Source: Callorhinchus milii
Lineage: Eukaryota
Direction of reading: 5' to 3'
NCBI RefSeq assembly: GCF_018977255.1
Contig: NW_024704743.1
Location: 86,306,001 to 86,370,000 of the forward strand
DNA: 64,000 bases
The position numbers and the translations under genes are program-made. The stretch's first letter is position 1. The number at the start of each line of letters is the position of its first letter. This document shows, piece by piece, positions 62,660-64,000 of the stretch. Below the pieces are notes generated by a model. It made no database searches. It saw nothing but the letters and a program-made list of their open reading frames with translations, and was not told the DNA's origin.

Positions 62660-62900
62660 GAAATTAACTTTTGGCTGAAAGCACGGTCAAAAAGGTCTCA
62701 AGGTGACTTTTAAGGGTAAATGACCAGAGGCGAGGAAGAAGGAACTCTGGAATGGATTTCCAGGGAACAAGAACATAATGTCTGGAAGCTATAAGATGGT
62801 GGGGTGGATTGGGAGGAGAACAAGAAGCAGCACGGTGTATGCTGAGCAGAGAGAATGGCAATGAACCCTGCACATATCGCGACTGAAGGAGTAGTGGTTG
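62660..62900 (-). mobile_element. L2 3' fragment, diverged
   Basis: PWKSIP...LKSHLETFLT pattern. Confidence 0.6.
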
Positions 62901-64000
62901 TTTGATGCAGAGGAGATACTTCTGCTTTTTGAGGTTCGGAGTTAAGGTGCGTTACCAGGACAGTGAAAGGGAAATTCAGCATTGTGAGTGACTTGCACCA
63001 TACCTGATCTGGAAGTGTTTTAGGCTGTCATTTAACACCTCATTTTCCTGCACTCTTATCTCTTGCTTGATGAGCGTGTACAAAAATAAAATAGTTAATT
63101 TGATCCTCCATTCAATGACCAGCATGTTTTACTTTGATACCAGTATGGATACCTGACTGAACATTCCTGAGAAACTGCAAAACGATGATTGAAACATGAT
63201 GATTATCTTGACTTTATAAACACATGTCAGTAGGTTCTGATTTAGTGTCACATTACATATATGTTTAACAGATCCTTGGGACGTCCTCCCAATGTGAAAA
63301 GTGAATTTGTTGTTCTTGTTGTTGTTATTGGTTATATGGTAAAATGGTATTTAACATGAGTGAAAATGCTGGATTTCAGCACCATGGAAACCCAAGCAAT
63401 AATGTATGGAGAAGGCAGCTGTCAATCGTGGTCATTTTGATCAATCAGAATAGACGCTATAGGCCAGCAGAAAAAAGCAAGCCCAGCCAATAACAACAAC
63501 ACATTACATTTGTATAGTGCCTTTCACATCAGAAGGATGTCCCAAGGCCCTGGACAGTTGGTGGTTGGGATCAGGAGGGGTGGAGCTCCAACAGGGCATG
63601 TCATGGCAAAGGGCAAGCAGCCTCCAACTGTGCTCTGGATTGAGAGCAGGGTTGGTCTGGTGTGTCGTTCGAAAGAAAAATAAGGAGAAGACTGCAAAGT
63701 TTTGACTGAATGGTGGTAGATGTTTGTTAAGTTAATATACATGTAATCATAAATGTAAAGTACATTTACCTGTATTGTGTGAGTGTATGTAAGGTGTTTG
63801 TTTACTAAAAGTAGTGCATGTGATTAAACTGGTGTTGCGTAGTCACATTTATGGCTAGTCAGTGATTTATATTGGACAACACTGCTGAGAAAGTTGGAGA
63901 GAGGGAAACCAACTTCCAAATGAAATCTAAATTTAATGTAGCCATGAAAGGGGAAGATATTAGCTGGTGATACATACCTCTCCCCCCACCCCTTCCTCAA

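Overview
Eukaryotic, AT-rich, repeat-dense vertebrate DNA. The repeat families (Deu-domain tRNA-SINEs with L2 tails, L2 and CR1 LINEs, a Penelope-type terminal repeat) point to a cartilaginous fish, possibly a holocephalan; this is inference. I found no supportable host protein-coding exon, so the window looks like a large intron or gene desert. It holds about 25 tRNA-Ala/Deu SINE copies in at least three structural generations, many L2 and CR1 fragments (one young L2 with a near-intact RT at 34.7-36.7 kb), a decayed R4/Dong-type retrotransposon, a solo LTR with a clean TSD, two palindromic MITE-like families and possible hAT remnants. The most notable sequence-level results are: a fully reconstructable inversion-duplication at 16.0-17.6 kb; templated insertions inside SINEs; a degenerate hammerhead-ribozyme motif in a Penelope-like repeat split by a CR1; and a divergent cluster of CTCF-like motifs near 38-42 kb. 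I see no convincing evidence of a wholly new multi-gene system. Repeat boundaries were read by eye and are approximate unless stated.
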